Assembly (NCBI GenBank): GCA_017960085.1
Contig: JAGCZI010000159.1
Span: forward strand, 1 to 62,874
Length of the DNA: 62,874 bases
Reading direction: 5' to 3'
Origin: Bacteroidales bacterium
GTDB lineage: Bacteria; Bacteroidota; Bacteroidia; Bacteroidales; UBA932
The translations under genes were made by a program, and so were the position numbers. Shown piece by piece: positions 26,670 through 36,386 of this stretch. The notes under the pieces were generated by a model. It saw only the letters and a program-made list of their open reading frames with translations, was not told the origin of the DNA and did no database searches. The stretch's first letter is position 1; every line of letters starts with the position of its first letter.

Positions 26670-28418
26670 ATGACTCGCTATTTCCTGTCCGTTATCCTAT
26701 GCCTTTCTCTTGCGGCCGGCTGTTGTACGCCACGCATCCGGGAGAGTCTCGACGGCGAAGGCAATTATGCCGCTGCCCTCAAAGCAAATAAAACATATAT
26801 CCTTATCCCTTCCTCCTATTCAGGAAAACCTTCCAAGATGGACCTGGAAGTTGCCGGAGCCAGTGTCTTCGAATATGTCCAGGACGTAACTCTGGCAAAG
26901 GATGCCGTCGACTACTGGATACCAGTCGACGTGTCTGCTTATAAAGGCCGCGAAGTCACCCTCAGGCTGACAGGTGTTTCTCAGACCGACCCTGTCTATG
27001 GCGGTATCAAACTGTCCGACACCATCGATATGGATTACGACGAGCCGTTGAGGATGGTGTATCATTTCACTCCGGTCTTCGGCTGGAACAACGACCCTAA
27101 CGGACTGTTCTGCAAGGACGGTATCTGGCATATGTATTTCCAGCACAACCCCTATTCGGTCTTCTGGGGAAATATGACCTGGGGCCACGCCACTTCGAAA
27201 GACCTCATCCACTGGAAGCAACACGACAATGTCCTGCACCCTGACCCGATCGGGGCCATCTTTTCAGGAAGTGCAGTAATAGACTCTGACAACACCGCCG
27301 GATTCGGGAAGGATGCCGTAGTGGCCATATACACTTCTGACCGTAAGGGGGAGCGCCAGAGCATAGCATACTCGACTGACGGCGGATATACTTTCACCAA
27401 GTACTCCGGCAACCCGGTGCTGCCGGACAATCCCGCCACAAGAGACTTCCGCGACCCGAAGGTTTACTGGATCGGCGGCCAGTGGGTGATGGCGATTTCT
27501 GCCAGGCAGGTTGTTGAGTTCTACGGCTCGCCCGACCTCAAGAACTGGCATCTGCTGAGCAGTTTCGGCGAAGGTATCGGTTCCCACCGGAGCGTCTGGG
27601 AGTGCCCGGACCTGCGCAAGTTCGAATATGAGGGGAAGGAAAAATGGGTGCTCTTCGTCACCATCGGCCAGGATCCCAACCACGCCAACAATACCCAATA
27701 TTTCATAGGAGACTTCGACGGGGAGCGTTTCACCGCCGACCCGCTGCCTTATCCTCTCTGGGTCGACCAGGGTGTCAACCAGTATGCCGGCCAGACGTAC
27801 TTCAATGCGCCCGACGGGCGGACCGTCTTCCTGGCCTGGCTTACAAGTTCGGCCTTCTCGTCGACTATGCCCGCCACGAAGTTCTTCACCGGGGGTATGA
27901 CTCTTCCCCGCGAGCTGTCGCTCAAGAGCAACGGCCGGCATCTCGTTGTAGCCAGCGTGCCGTCTCCCGAAGTCTTTGCGGCCAGGGGCAAGGCCTCTGC
28001 ACTCTCTCTCAAGGCCGGCGGCAGGACGCTCATCCCGGATTCGGCCGACGGTGCGTACGAGATAGACCTCAGCTTCACTCCGGCAGGCGAGGAGACTTTC
28101 GGCTTCATCCTCAGCAATGATGCCGGAGAGAAGGTCGTGTACACGTTCAAGCCCGCCGAAGGCATACTTACCACCGACCGTACGGCCAGCGGCCTGCAGG
28201 CCTTTCCGAAGGAAGTGGCATCTCCGGTTGTGTCTGTCATCCCGGTCCGTGATTCCTACAAGGTGCAGCTCTTTTACGACCGTATGGTGTCGGAAATGTT
28301 CGTGAACGACGGTGATGCGGTCGTCACCAACTGCGTGTATCCTTCGGCATACTATGACCATATCGAAATCTTCGGCTCCGCCGCGGTCAGCAGTGCGATG
28401 TCCTATGAAATGAAATAA
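26670..28418 (+). CDS. Glycoside hydrolase family 32 (beta-fructofuranosidase / fructan hydrolase), lipoprotein
   Basis: GH32 catalytic motifs FGWNNDPNGLF, FRDPKVYW and WECPDL. The ATG at 26670 gives lipobox MTRYFLSVILCLSLAAGC. The ORF-track start 26652 is a TTG. Confidence 0.92.
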   Translation: MTRYFLSVILCLSLAAGCCTPRIRESLDGEGNYAAALKANKTYILIPSSYSGKPSKMDLEVAGASVFEYVQDVTLAKDAVDYWIPVDVSAYKGREVTLRLTGVSQTDPVYGGIKLSDTIDMDYDEPLRMVYHFTPVFGWNNDPNGLFCKDGIWHMYFQHNPYSVFWGNMTWGHATSKDLIHWKQHDNVLHPDPIGAIFSGSAVIDSDNTAGFGKDAVVAIYTSDRKGERQSIAYSTDGGYTFTKYSGNPVLPDNPATRDFRDPKVYWIGGQWVMAISARQVVEFYGSPDLKNWHLLSSFGEGIGSHRSVWECPDLRKFEYEGKEKWVLFVTIGQDPNHANNTQYFIGDFDGERFTADPLPYPLWVDQGVNQYAGQTYFNAPDGRTVFLAWLTSSAFSSTMPATKFFTGGMTLPRELSLKSNGRHLVVASVPSPEVFAARGKASALSLKAGGRTLIPDSADGAYEIDLSFTPAGEETFGFILSNDAGEKVVYTFKPAEGILTTDRTASGLQAFPKEVASPVVSVIPVRDSYKVQLFYDRMVSEMFVNDGDAVVTNCVYPSAYYDHIEIFGSAAVSSAMSYEMK

Positions 28419-28427
28419 TCCTTCAAT

Positions 28428-29591
28428 ATGGAAAAGAGACAAAACAATATAAGCAAGCTGGTGCCCATAATGTTCGCGTTCTTCGCGATGGGTTTCGTGG
28501 ATATGGTGGGGACGGCCACCAACTATGTGAAAGCAGATTTCAACCTCAGCGACACGATGGCCAACTTCCTGCCGTCGATGGTGTTCCTGTGGTTCTTCTT
28601 CCTGTCGGTGCCGACGAGCCTGCTGATGAATCGCATAGGAAAGAGGAGGACGGTAGTTCTCAGCCTCGTCGTTACGGCGTCGGCCCTCGTGCTGCCTCTA
28701 TGCGGCTACAATTACCCTGTGATGCTGATATCCTTCTGTCTGCTCGGTATAGGCAACACGTTGATGCAGGTGTCTCTCAACCCCCTGATTTCCTGCGTGG
28801 TCAAAGGTGACAAGCTGGCCAGCTCCCTCACCTTCGGGCAGTTCGTCAAAGCCATCGCATCTTTCAGCGCTCCGCTCATAGCCAGCTGGGCTGCGGTGCG
28901 TTTCGGAAACTGGAGGATATTGTACGGCACTTTCCTGGTTATTGGTGTGATTGCCACCCTCTATGTATGGTTTACCAAAATCGAGGAGGACGCACCTGCC
29001 GAAAAGACATCGAAATTCAAAGATGTGCTCAAACTTCTCGGGATTCCGTCCGTGCTGATGCTTTTCTTCGGCATTGTGGCTCACGTCGGCATCGATGTCG
29101 GAGTCAACACCTGCGCCCCGAAGATATTGATGGAAAGGCTGGGCATCCCGCTCACGGAAGCTGCCATCGCCACCAGCGTGTACTTCCTTTTCAGGACGAT
29201 TGGCTGCCTCACCGGTTCGCTCATCCTGGCAAGGTGGGACCTCCGCAAATTCTTCGCATTGAGCGTCGTGCTGATGGTTCTTTCGATGGTGGGCCTGTTC
29301 GTTTTCCATAGCAAGGCAGGAATCTATGTGGCGATCGCCCTGGTAGGTTACGGCAACTCCAATATGTTCTCGATGATATTCTCTAAGGCTCTGCTGTTTA
29401 TGCCAGAACGTCGCAACGAGATGTCAGGCCTGATGATAATGGGCCTCATCGGCGGCACCATCTTCCCTATCCTGATGGGAGCCCTCTCAGATGTCATCGG
29501 CTCACAGGCCGGCTCAGTGCTTGTCATCAGCCTGGGAGTTGCATATATGATTTTCCTCGCATACAGATTTCTTAAAACAGATAAAGAATGA
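28428..29591 (+). CDS. MFS sugar transporter (FucP / glucose-galactose transporter-like)
   Basis: 387 aa with 12 predicted TM helices. It sits between the GH32 and fructokinase genes, as in Bacteroides fructan loci. Confidence 0.85.
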   Translation: MEKRQNNISKLVPIMFAFFAMGFVDMVGTATNYVKADFNLSDTMANFLPSMVFLWFFFLSVPTSLLMNRIGKRRTVVLSLVVTASALVLPLCGYNYPVMLISFCLLGIGNTLMQVSLNPLISCVVKGDKLASSLTFGQFVKAIASFSAPLIASWAAVRFGNWRILYGTFLVIGVIATLYVWFTKIEEDAPAEKTSKFKDVLKLLGIPSVLMLFFGIVAHVGIDVGVNTCAPKILMERLGIPLTEAAIATSVYFLFRTIGCLTGSLILARWDLRKFFALSVVLMVLSMVGLFVFHSKAGIYVAIALVGYGNSNMFSMIFSKALLFMPERRNEMSGLMIMGLIGGTIFPILMGALSDVIGSQAGSVLVISLGVAYMIFLAYRFLKTDKE

Positions 29592-30457
29592 GCAAGACGG
29601 AAAGACCTGTTGTCGGAATAGGTGAGATCCTTTTCGATCTGCTGCCGGGCGGAGCCCAGCTTGGCGGAGCACCCGCGAATTTCGCTTATCACGTATGCTG
29701 TCTCGGTGGTCGCGGTGTTGCGGTCAGCGCCATAGGCAAAGATCCCCGCGGAGCTGAAATCAAGTCTATCCTTACATCAAAAAAGCTTGAAGCTGTGCTT
29801 CCTCAGGTGGATTATCCCACCGGAGTAGTGAAGGTGTCGCTCGACGGGCAGGGAGTCCCCGAGTACACTATTATTGAGGACGTGGCTTGGGACAATGTGC
29901 CTTACACGGCTGAGATGAAGGCTCTGGCTGAGAATGCCGCCGCCGTGTGCTTCGGTACTCTGGCGCAGCGCAGCGCCGTCACCAGGGCGACGATAATGAG
30001 CTTTATTGCTGATATGCCGGACGATGGCCTCAAGGTTTATGACATCAATCTGCGGCAGCATTTCTACAGCCGCGAAATCATCGAGGCCTCCCTGAAGGTA
30101 GCGGATATCCTGAAAATCAACGACGAAGAGATCGGCATAGTAGGGAAACTTTTCGGAATGGAAGGTGAGAATGAGGCTGTCTGCAGAGTGCTCATCGAGA
30201 GTTTCGGCCTCCGTCTGGTAATCCTTACCAAAGGGGCTGAAGGCAGCGATGTAATCACGATGCAAGAAAAATTCAGTGTTGAATGTCCAAAAGTCAAAAT
30301 TGCCGATACCGTCGGTGCCGGAGATTCGTTCACTGCTGCTTTTGTCCACGCATATCTGAGAGGCGACCCGATAGAGGAGTGTCATATGCTCGCGAACCGC
30401 ATTTCAGCGTTCGTCTGCTCCCGCAGCGGTGCGATGCCTGATTACGACCGGGCCTGA
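29588..30457 (+). CDS. PfkB-family carbohydrate kinase (fructokinase)
   Basis: GIGEILFDLLPGGAQLGGAPANFAYH and DTVGAGDSFTAAF (PfkB signature 2). ATGA overlap with the transporter stop. Confidence 0.88.
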   Translation: MSKTERPVVGIGEILFDLLPGGAQLGGAPANFAYHVCCLGGRGVAVSAIGKDPRGAEIKSILTSKKLEAVLPQVDYPTGVVKVSLDGQGVPEYTIIEDVAWDNVPYTAEMKALAENAAAVCFGTLAQRSAVTRATIMSFIADMPDDGLKVYDINLRQHFYSREIIEASLKVADILKINDEEIGIVGKLFGMEGENEAVCRVLIESFGLRLVILTKGAEGSDVITMQEKFSVECPKVKIADTVGAGDSFTAAFVHAYLRGDPIEECHMLANRISAFVCSRSGAMPDYDRA

Positions 30458-30566
30458 AAAATCTGTATTCTGCCTGCTTGTTTCCGTAGTCGGAAAAAAC
30501 GCTGCCCGCCGTCGTTTTCTGTAAGTCTTATTGTTGTCCGTCAGGCTAACTTGGCGGCAAAAAACG

Positions 30567-32102
30567 ATGCTTTGCAAGACTTATTGTGCAACCTGTCTGG
30601 GACTGACAGTGGTTGCGATCACGGTGGAAACCGACATTTCAAACGGAATAGGCATACAGCTCGTCGGGCTTCCCGACAGTGCGGTGAAGGAAAGCCTGAC
30701 AAGGGTGCTGACGGCAATCAGAAGCTACGGATATCGCATTCCCGGGAAGAGAATAGTTATCAATCTTGCCCCCGCGGACATCAAGAAGCAGGGCTCTTCG
30801 TTCGACCTTGCCATAGCGATGACGCTGATCTGCGCCATAAAAGAGATAGAGCCGGCAAGGCTGAGGGACCATATGTTCCTGGGCGAACTTGCACTGGACG
30901 GTTCCATAAGGGATGTGCCCGGGGCCTTGCCGATTGCAGTATATGCCCGTGACAACGGCTTTTCGGGCTGCATTCTGCCCTTTGAATCAGCCAAGGAGGC
31001 CGTGGATATCGAAGGTGTCAATATATATGGCGTGAGGAGCCTGGCGGATGTGCTGCGGATCCTTCTGGAAGATGACGACAAGGAGTTCCTGATGCAACGT
31101 GGCCAGGCCGAAGAAGTGCAGGTGACAGGCAAAAGTGCCTGCCCTGACTTCAAGGTGGTCAAAGGTCAGCAGCACGCCAAGCGTGGTTTTGAAATTGCTG
31201 CAGCCGGCGGCCACAACATAATCCTCATAGGCAGTCCGGGCTGCGGAAAGACTCTGATGGCAAGCTGCCTGCCTTCGATCCTCCCTCCGATGGAGACAGA
31301 AGAGTCCATAGAAACCAGCAAGATCTATTCAGTGGCAGGCAAGTCCATAGGTAGCTATGGACTGCTGAAGACTAGGCCGTTCCGCACTCCGCACAACAGT
31401 GCCAGCCGTGTCTCCCTGCTTGGCGGAGGGCCGGACGCGCTTCCCGGAGAAATCTCTCTCGCTCATAACGGCGTGTTGTACTTGGATGAGATCGCGCAGT
31501 TCAGCAAGGTTACTCTCGATCTGCTGCGTCAGCCTCTGGAGGACGGCAAGATAGTGATCAGCCGTGCCCGCTACAGGATTGAGTATCCCTGCTCATATAT
31601 GCTCGTGGCATCAATGAATCCGTGCCCCTGCGGATATTATGGCGACCCTTCCGGCCGCTGCCGCTGCACCCAGTCGATGGTAGACAATTATATGGCGCGG
31701 ATTTCAGGGCCGCTGATGGACCGTATAGATATGCATATTTACGTGGATAGAGTTGCTGCTGACGACCTGACTGCCGTGCAGTTGGCGGAACCCAGCGCTG
31801 CCATAGCCGAAAGGGTCAGCCGCGCCAGGAAGGTGCAGCTGGAAAGGTTCAGGAACGAGCAGGGGGTGTATACCAACTCGAAGATGAATGCAGAAATGAT
31901 GACTCGCTACTGCAAGGTCGGCAGCTGCGAGCAGGATTTCCTCTGCACCCTTATAGACAAGCTGAGTCTGTCGGCAAGGGCCTACGGCAGGGTGCTGAAA
32001 CTTGCAAGGACCATCGCCGACCTTGCCGGCGAGGCTCAAATCAATATGCAGGCCATATCGGAAGCCATCCAGTACCGCAACCTCGACCGCCTTGAGAGAT
32101 AA
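30567..32102 (+). CDS. yifB: YifB/ComM-family Mg-chelatase-like AAA+ ATPase
   Basis: ATG at 30567 (MLCKTYCATCLGLTVVAITVETDIS). Walker A LIGSPGCGKTLMA, then GVLYLDEIAQF and the MNPCPCGYYG zinc motif. The ORF-track start 30531 is a TTG extension. Confidence 0.92.
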   Translation: MLCKTYCATCLGLTVVAITVETDISNGIGIQLVGLPDSAVKESLTRVLTAIRSYGYRIPGKRIVINLAPADIKKQGSSFDLAIAMTLICAIKEIEPARLRDHMFLGELALDGSIRDVPGALPIAVYARDNGFSGCILPFESAKEAVDIEGVNIYGVRSLADVLRILLEDDDKEFLMQRGQAEEVQVTGKSACPDFKVVKGQQHAKRGFEIAAAGGHNIILIGSPGCGKTLMASCLPSILPPMETEESIETSKIYSVAGKSIGSYGLLKTRPFRTPHNSASRVSLLGGGPDALPGEISLAHNGVLYLDEIAQFSKVTLDLLRQPLEDGKIVISRARYRIEYPCSYMLVASMNPCPCGYYGDPSGRCRCTQSMVDNYMARISGPLMDRIDMHIYVDRVAADDLTAVQLAEPSAAIAERVSRARKVQLERFRNEQGVYTNSKMNAEMMTRYCKVGSCEQDFLCTLIDKLSLSARAYGRVLKLARTIADLAGEAQINMQAISEAIQYRNLDRLER

Positions 32103-32129
32103 TTTTTTGTCAAATAGTAGTGTTTTTCC

Positions 32130-32137
32130 TACTTTTG
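32130..32137 (+). promoter_or_regulatory. Candidate -7 promoter box (TACTTTTG)
   Basis: Lies only 2 nt upstream of the hicA ATG at 32140. If it is functional, the mRNA is leaderless or the start is mis-set. Confidence 0.3.
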
Positions 32138-32139
32138 CT

Positions 32140-32328
32140 ATGAGGTACAGTGAGTTGGAAAGGAAGCTGAAAGGGATTGGCTGTTACTATTCAGGAGTAT
32201 GCCGCAACGGACATCCTCGATGGTACAGCCCTCGAACTGGTCAATACTTCTTGATGAGTCACCATTCAAATGAAGAGGTGGCATCAGGCACATTGAGAAA
32301 AATTAAAAAAGTATCGGGACTTACATAG
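32140..32328 (+). CDS. hicA: Type II toxin HicA (mRNA interferase)
   Basis: 62 aa. MRYSELERKLKGIGCYYSGVCRNGHPRWYSPRTGQYFLMSHHSNEEVASGTLRKIKK fits the HicA/YcfA pattern (..G-x-H....P......HH..E.. G.L..I.K). The ORF-track 32002 start runs back into yifB. Confidence 0.8.
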   Translation: MRYSELERKLKGIGCYYSGVCRNGHPRWYSPRTGQYFLMSHHSNEEVASGTLRKIKKVSGLT

Positions 32329-32334
32329 ATTGAT

Positions 32335-32736
32335 ATGAAAAAAATAAAGGTGTTTATAGAAATGTCGTCATATGGCTATTCAGCTTATATGGATGACACT
32401 CCTTTGGACTACAGTTGTATAGGAGAAGGCAAGACGGTACAAGAGACCATCGACGATTTCAACGTATCTTACGATGAAATGAGGCAGTATTATCATTCAA
32501 TCGGAAAATATTTTGAAGAGGTTGAGTATGATTTTTACTACGATACTGCCAGTTTCTTACAATACTACGGGAAAGCATTCAGTCTTGCCGGGCTTGAAGT
32601 GATTACTGGTGTGAACCAGACGCAGCTTGGTCATTATCTTCACGGCCGTCGAAAGCCCAGGCGCAAGACAATAGACAAGATCCAGCAAGGAGTGGAGCGT
32701 TTCGCGCAGGAACTGACCGTAGTCCGTTTCTCATAG
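32335..32736 (+). CDS. hicB: Type II antitoxin HicB with C-terminal HTH
   Basis: 133 aa, 6 nt downstream of hicA. The N-terminal HicB fold reads KVFIEMSSYGYSAYMDDTPLDYSCIGEGKTVQETIDDF. The C-terminal XRE-like HTH reads ITGVNQTQLGHYLHGRRKPRRKTIDKIQ. Confidence 0.75.
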   Translation: MKKIKVFIEMSSYGYSAYMDDTPLDYSCIGEGKTVQETIDDFNVSYDEMRQYYHSIGKYFEEVEYDFYYDTASFLQYYGKAFSLAGLEVITGVNQTQLGHYLHGRRKPRRKTIDKIQQGVERFAQELTVVRFS

Positions 32737-32766
32737 GTCAGACTTTGCATATACATCGCGAAATCG

Positions 32767-32774
32767 TATATTTG
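32767..32774 (+). promoter_or_regulatory. Candidate -7 promoter box (TATATTTG)
   Basis: Lies 17 nt upstream of the GH10 ATG at 32792. Confidence 0.45.
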
Positions 32775-32791
32775 TCCAAACACTTTTTCCT

Positions 32792-33949
32792 ATGAAGACG
32801 AAAGTTTTATTCCTCCTTGCAATTGCAGTTGTTTTGTCAGTTTCGTGTGAATCTCCGGAGCCTGAGGCCGGTTCTCTGAAAGAGGCCTATTCCGGCAGTT
32901 TCAAGATGGGTTGCGCTATCAGCCCGTTTATGGTCAGCGGACGCAATCCCCAGGCTGTCGACCTTCTGCTTTCCCAATTCAATGCGTTGTCGCCTGACAA
33001 CTGTATGAAGCCTGAGAGTCTGCATCCCGGCCCCGAAGTCTGGAACTTCGGCCCTGCGGACGCGTATGTGCAGTTCGGCAAGGAACACGGAATGTTCGTG
33101 CTCGGCCACACCCTGTGCTGGCACAACCAGACCCCTTCTTTCTTCTGGGAGAGGCCGGACGGTACGCCCAAGAGCCGTGCAGAACTTGTCGAGACTCTCC
33201 GCAGCTACATCGAAACTGTTGTGACGCATTTCGCCGGCAAGGTGGATGCCTGGGATGTGGTGAATGAAATAGTGGCCGAAGACGGCGGCTTCCGTGACCT
33301 TGGCTGGGTCAAGGCTTTCGGCGGCGACGGATATGAAGTTGCGAAGCTGGCCTTCCAGTTCGCCAACGAATATGCTCCCGAAGGAACAGAATTCTATTAC
33401 AATGAGTTCAATGTATGGCGTCCTTCAAAACTCGAAGGTGTCGTGAATCTTGTCCGCAGGCTGCGCGCAGACGGTTTGAAAGTGGACGGAGTCGGCATCC
33501 AGGCTCACTGGGGCCTCAACTACCCCAAGACAGAATACATCGAGAGCGCCATCGAGCAGCTGGCCGACCTCGGCGTCAAGGTTATGATCACCGAGCTTGA
33601 TGTCGACGTTCTTCCCATATCGAAGGAAGGTCAGGTGATAGGCAAGTCCCTCCAGGACCCTCAGTATCAGCTTGAAGAATTCGAAGAATTCCTGGATCCG
33701 TACAAAGACGGTCTGCCGGAAGAAGTCGAAGACCAGCTTGCCGCAAGATATGAGGAACTCTTCAAGATATTCTACAACCACCGCGATCAGATAGACCGCG
33801 TCACTTTCTGGGGCCTTCACGACGGCGCGTCTTGGAAGAATGGCTCTCCCATCCCCGGCAGGACCAACTACCCGTTGCTGTTCAAGCGTGACCTCACACC
33901 TCATAAAGCTTTGGAAGCAGTGCTGTCAGTTCCCGTAAAGGGGGAATAA
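32792..33949 (+). CDS. Glycoside hydrolase family 10 endo-1,4-beta-xylanase, lipoprotein
   Basis: GHTLCWHNQTP, WDVVNE (acid/base Glu) and ITELDV (nucleophile Glu). Signal plus Cys: MKTKVLFLLAIAVVLSVSC. Confidence 0.92.
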   Translation: MKTKVLFLLAIAVVLSVSCESPEPEAGSLKEAYSGSFKMGCAISPFMVSGRNPQAVDLLLSQFNALSPDNCMKPESLHPGPEVWNFGPADAYVQFGKEHGMFVLGHTLCWHNQTPSFFWERPDGTPKSRAELVETLRSYIETVVTHFAGKVDAWDVVNEIVAEDGGFRDLGWVKAFGGDGYEVAKLAFQFANEYAPEGTEFYYNEFNVWRPSKLEGVVNLVRRLRADGLKVDGVGIQAHWGLNYPKTEYIESAIEQLADLGVKVMITELDVDVLPISKEGQVIGKSLQDPQYQLEEFEEFLDPYKDGLPEEVEDQLAARYEELFKIFYNHRDQIDRVTFWGLHDGASWKNGSPIPGRTNYPLLFKRDLTPHKALEAVLSVPVKGE

Positions 33950-33973
33950 TTGCAAGATTCTGTATAAAAACTC

Positions 33974-34001
33974 AAAAAACCGGCCCGATGCCGGTTTTTT
34001 T
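33974..34001 (+). terminator. Rho-independent terminator after the GH10 gene
   Basis: AAAAAACCGGC-CCGAT-GCCGGTTTTTTT. A GC stem (ACCGGC/GCCGGT) is followed by a T7 run. Confidence 0.8.
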
Positions 34002-34091
34002 ATGCCCCGAGCTATAGGAATTACCGTTTTTTATGCTTAAATTGCAAAGCGAATTTTTTGTTTTTCACCCCTCTCTTAATACATATTTATT

Positions 34092-36311
34092 ATGCAACAC
34101 GTTCCAGCCATTTTCTGGTTTGTACCTGCTGCTTCCATCATTGCGCTTTGTTTCGCCTTTTTCTTCTACAGGTCGATGAAGCGTGAAGATGAGGGTACTG
34201 ACCGTATCAAACAAGTTGCAATGTACATAAGACAAGGTGCAATGGCTTATCTGCGTCAGCAGTATAAAGTCGTAATCATCGTGTTTATATGCCTTGCGGT
34301 CTTCTTTGCCTTCCTGGCGTACGGACTCCACGTTCAGAACAACTGGGTTCCCTTCGCTTTCCTCACCGGAGGTATCTTCTCCGGTCTGGCCGGTTTCTTC
34401 GGTATGAAGTCAGCGACCTATGCATCATCCCGTACCGCCCACGCGGCAACGAAATCTCTTAACAAAGCCCTCACCGTCGCTTTCAGGAGCGGAGCTGTGA
34501 TGGGACTCACAGTAGTCGGCCTGGGAATGCTCGATATCGCTCTGTGGTATCTCATCCTCAATCGTTTTGTCGATATAGACGGAACGCAGAAACTGATTGT
34601 CATCACCACTACAATGCTGACATTCGGTATGGGTGCTTCCACCCAGGCATTGTTCGCCCGTGTCGGCGGCGGTATTTACACAAAAGCGGCTGATGTCGGA
34701 GCCGACCTTGTGGGAAAGGTCGAAGCCGGAATCCCTGAAGATGACCCCCGCAACCCTGCGACCATAGCAGATAATGTCGGCGACAATGTCGGCGACGTCG
34801 CCGGTCTGGGTGCTGACCTTTATGAAAGTTACGTCGGATCGGTCCTTGCCGCCGTTTCTCTCGGTGCGGCAGCCTTTGCCCCTCAGGGGGAAGGGATGCA
34901 GGTAAAGGCCGTGATGGCTCCTATGCTGATAGCAGCAATAGGAGTCTTCCTTTCAATCATCGGAATATTCCTGGTCAAGACCAAAGAGAATGCATCGATG
35001 AAGGACCTTCTCGGCTCAATCAGCCGTGGAGTGAACTTCAGCGCTGTCCTCATTGCCGCCTGCTCGTTCGTCATCCTTTATCTTCTCGGCATCCCCAACT
35101 GGTATCTGCTTGCCACGGCAGTAGTGATCGGCCTGCTCGCCGGTGTCATTATCGGAAAGGTTACGGAATATTACACCTCACATTCGTACAAACCGACCAG
35201 GGCCATAGCCAAGAGTGCTGATACAGGCGGATCTGCAACAGTCATCATTAACGGTATCGGCACCGGAATGATTTCTACGGCGATCCCTGTGACCGTAATC
35301 GGTGTGTCGATCATCCTGTCGTACCTGTGCGCCATCAATTTCGATATCCATAATCTTCTTACCGCTACCAATGTGCAGCATGGTCTTTATGGTATCGCAA
35401 TAGCTTCTGTGGGTATGCTTTCAACCCTCGGCATCACTCTGGCTACCGATGCTTACGGTCCCGTGGCCGACAATGCCGGCGGTATTGCAGAGATGTCAAA
35501 ACTTCCCGAAGAAGTCCGCCACCGCACAGACAGCCTCGATGCTCTTGGTAACACCACGGCTGCTACCGGAAAGGGCTTCGCCATCGGTTCCGCATCGATG
35601 ACCGCCCTTGCCCTCGTCGCTTCTTACCTTGAAGAGATCAAGATAGCCTTCAGCCACATCGGGCAGAACGTGCTTGAGTTCGCAGACGGAACCTCTGTGG
35701 CATTGAGCGATGCATCCATCATAGATATTGTCAAGTACTATGACATAAGTCTGATGAATCCCATCGTGCTGGTATGCATCTTCCTCGGCGCTATGGTGGC
35801 ATTCTTCTTCAGCGGCCTGACCATCAATGCGGTGGGACGTGCTGCTGAGAATATGGTCACTGAGGTCCGCCGCCAGTTCCGCGAGATCAAAGGTATCCTC
35901 ACCGGTGAAGCAGTTCCTGATTATCAGCGCTGCGTCCAGATTTCCACCAAGGGAGCCCAGAAAGAAATGACAGTTCCGGCATTGCTTGCCATAATCATCC
36001 CCATCGTGATAGGTCTCATATTCGGCGTGGCCGGCGTTGTCGGCCTTCTTGTCGGCGGCCTGAGCACGGCGATCGTCCTTGCGGTATATATGGCCAATGC
36101 GGGCGGTGCCTGGGACAATGCCAAGAAGTACATCGAAGAAGGCAACTATGGAGGCAAAGGCTCTGATGCCCATAAAGCTTCCGTAGTGGGAGACACTGTC
36201 GGCGACCCGTTCAAGGATACTACCGGTCCTTCGCTCGACATCCTCATCAAACTGATGTCGATGGTTTCAATCGTAGTCGCAGGACTTGTGGTGGCTTACA
36301 GCATCTTCTAA
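34092..36311 (+). CDS. hppA: Membrane-integral pyrophosphate-energised cation pump (K+-dependent-type signature)
   Basis: 739 aa. DNVGDNVGDVAGLGADLYESY, GGAWDNAKKYIE and DTVGDPFKDT motifs. GNTTAATGKGFAIGSA has Ala rather than Lys at the position known to distinguish K+-dependent pumps. Confidence 0.95.
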   Translation: MQHVPAIFWFVPAASIIALCFAFFFYRSMKREDEGTDRIKQVAMYIRQGAMAYLRQQYKVVIIVFICLAVFFAFLAYGLHVQNNWVPFAFLTGGIFSGLAGFFGMKSATYASSRTAHAATKSLNKALTVAFRSGAVMGLTVVGLGMLDIALWYLILNRFVDIDGTQKLIVITTTMLTFGMGASTQALFARVGGGIYTKAADVGADLVGKVEAGIPEDDPRNPATIADNVGDNVGDVAGLGADLYESYVGSVLAAVSLGAAAFAPQGEGMQVKAVMAPMLIAAIGVFLSIIGIFLVKTKENASMKDLLGSISRGVNFSAVLIAACSFVILYLLGIPNWYLLATAVVIGLLAGVIIGKVTEYYTSHSYKPTRAIAKSADTGGSATVIINGIGTGMISTAIPVTVIGVSIILSYLCAINFDIHNLLTATNVQHGLYGIAIASVGMLSTLGITLATDAYGPVADNAGGIAEMSKLPEEVRHRTDSLDALGNTTAATGKGFAIGSASMTALALVASYLEEIKIAFSHIGQNVLEFADGTSVALSDASIIDIVKYYDISLMNPIVLVCIFLGAMVAFFFSGLTINAVGRAAENMVTEVRRQFREIKGILTGEAVPDYQRCVQISTKGAQKEMTVPALLAIIIPIVIGLIFGVAGVVGLLVGGLSTAIVLAVYMANAGGAWDNAKKYIEEGNYGGKGSDAHKASVVGDTVGDPFKDTTGPSLDILIKLMSMVSIVVAGLVVAYSIF

Positions 36312-36331
36312 ATCACAGTCCGTCAATAATC

Positions 36332-36365
36332 AAAAGACCGCAAGCTTCACAACTTGCGGTCTTTT
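36332..36365. terminator. Bidirectional rho-independent terminator between convergent hppA and the thioredoxin-like gene
   Basis: AAAAGACCGCAAG-cttcacaa-CTTGCGGTCTTTT. A 13-bp stem has an A-run on one side and a T-run on the other. Confidence 0.85.
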
Positions 36366-36386
36366 GTTTCAGGACGCTGAGAAGGA

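Noticed and set aside
27264-28442. 392-aa minus-strand ORF covering most of the GH32 gene
   Set aside because: It is antisense to a gene with unambiguous GH32 catalytic motifs. Its translation is R/G/H/V-rich, has low-complexity-like composition and carries no recognisable motif. This is the typical shadow ORF of GC-rich coding DNA.
30487-30512. Weak hairpin (AAAACG-n11-CGTTTT) after the fructokinase gene considered as a terminator
   Set aside because: The stem is only 6 bp and AT-rich with an 11-nt loop, so it is not convincing without experimental 3'-end data.
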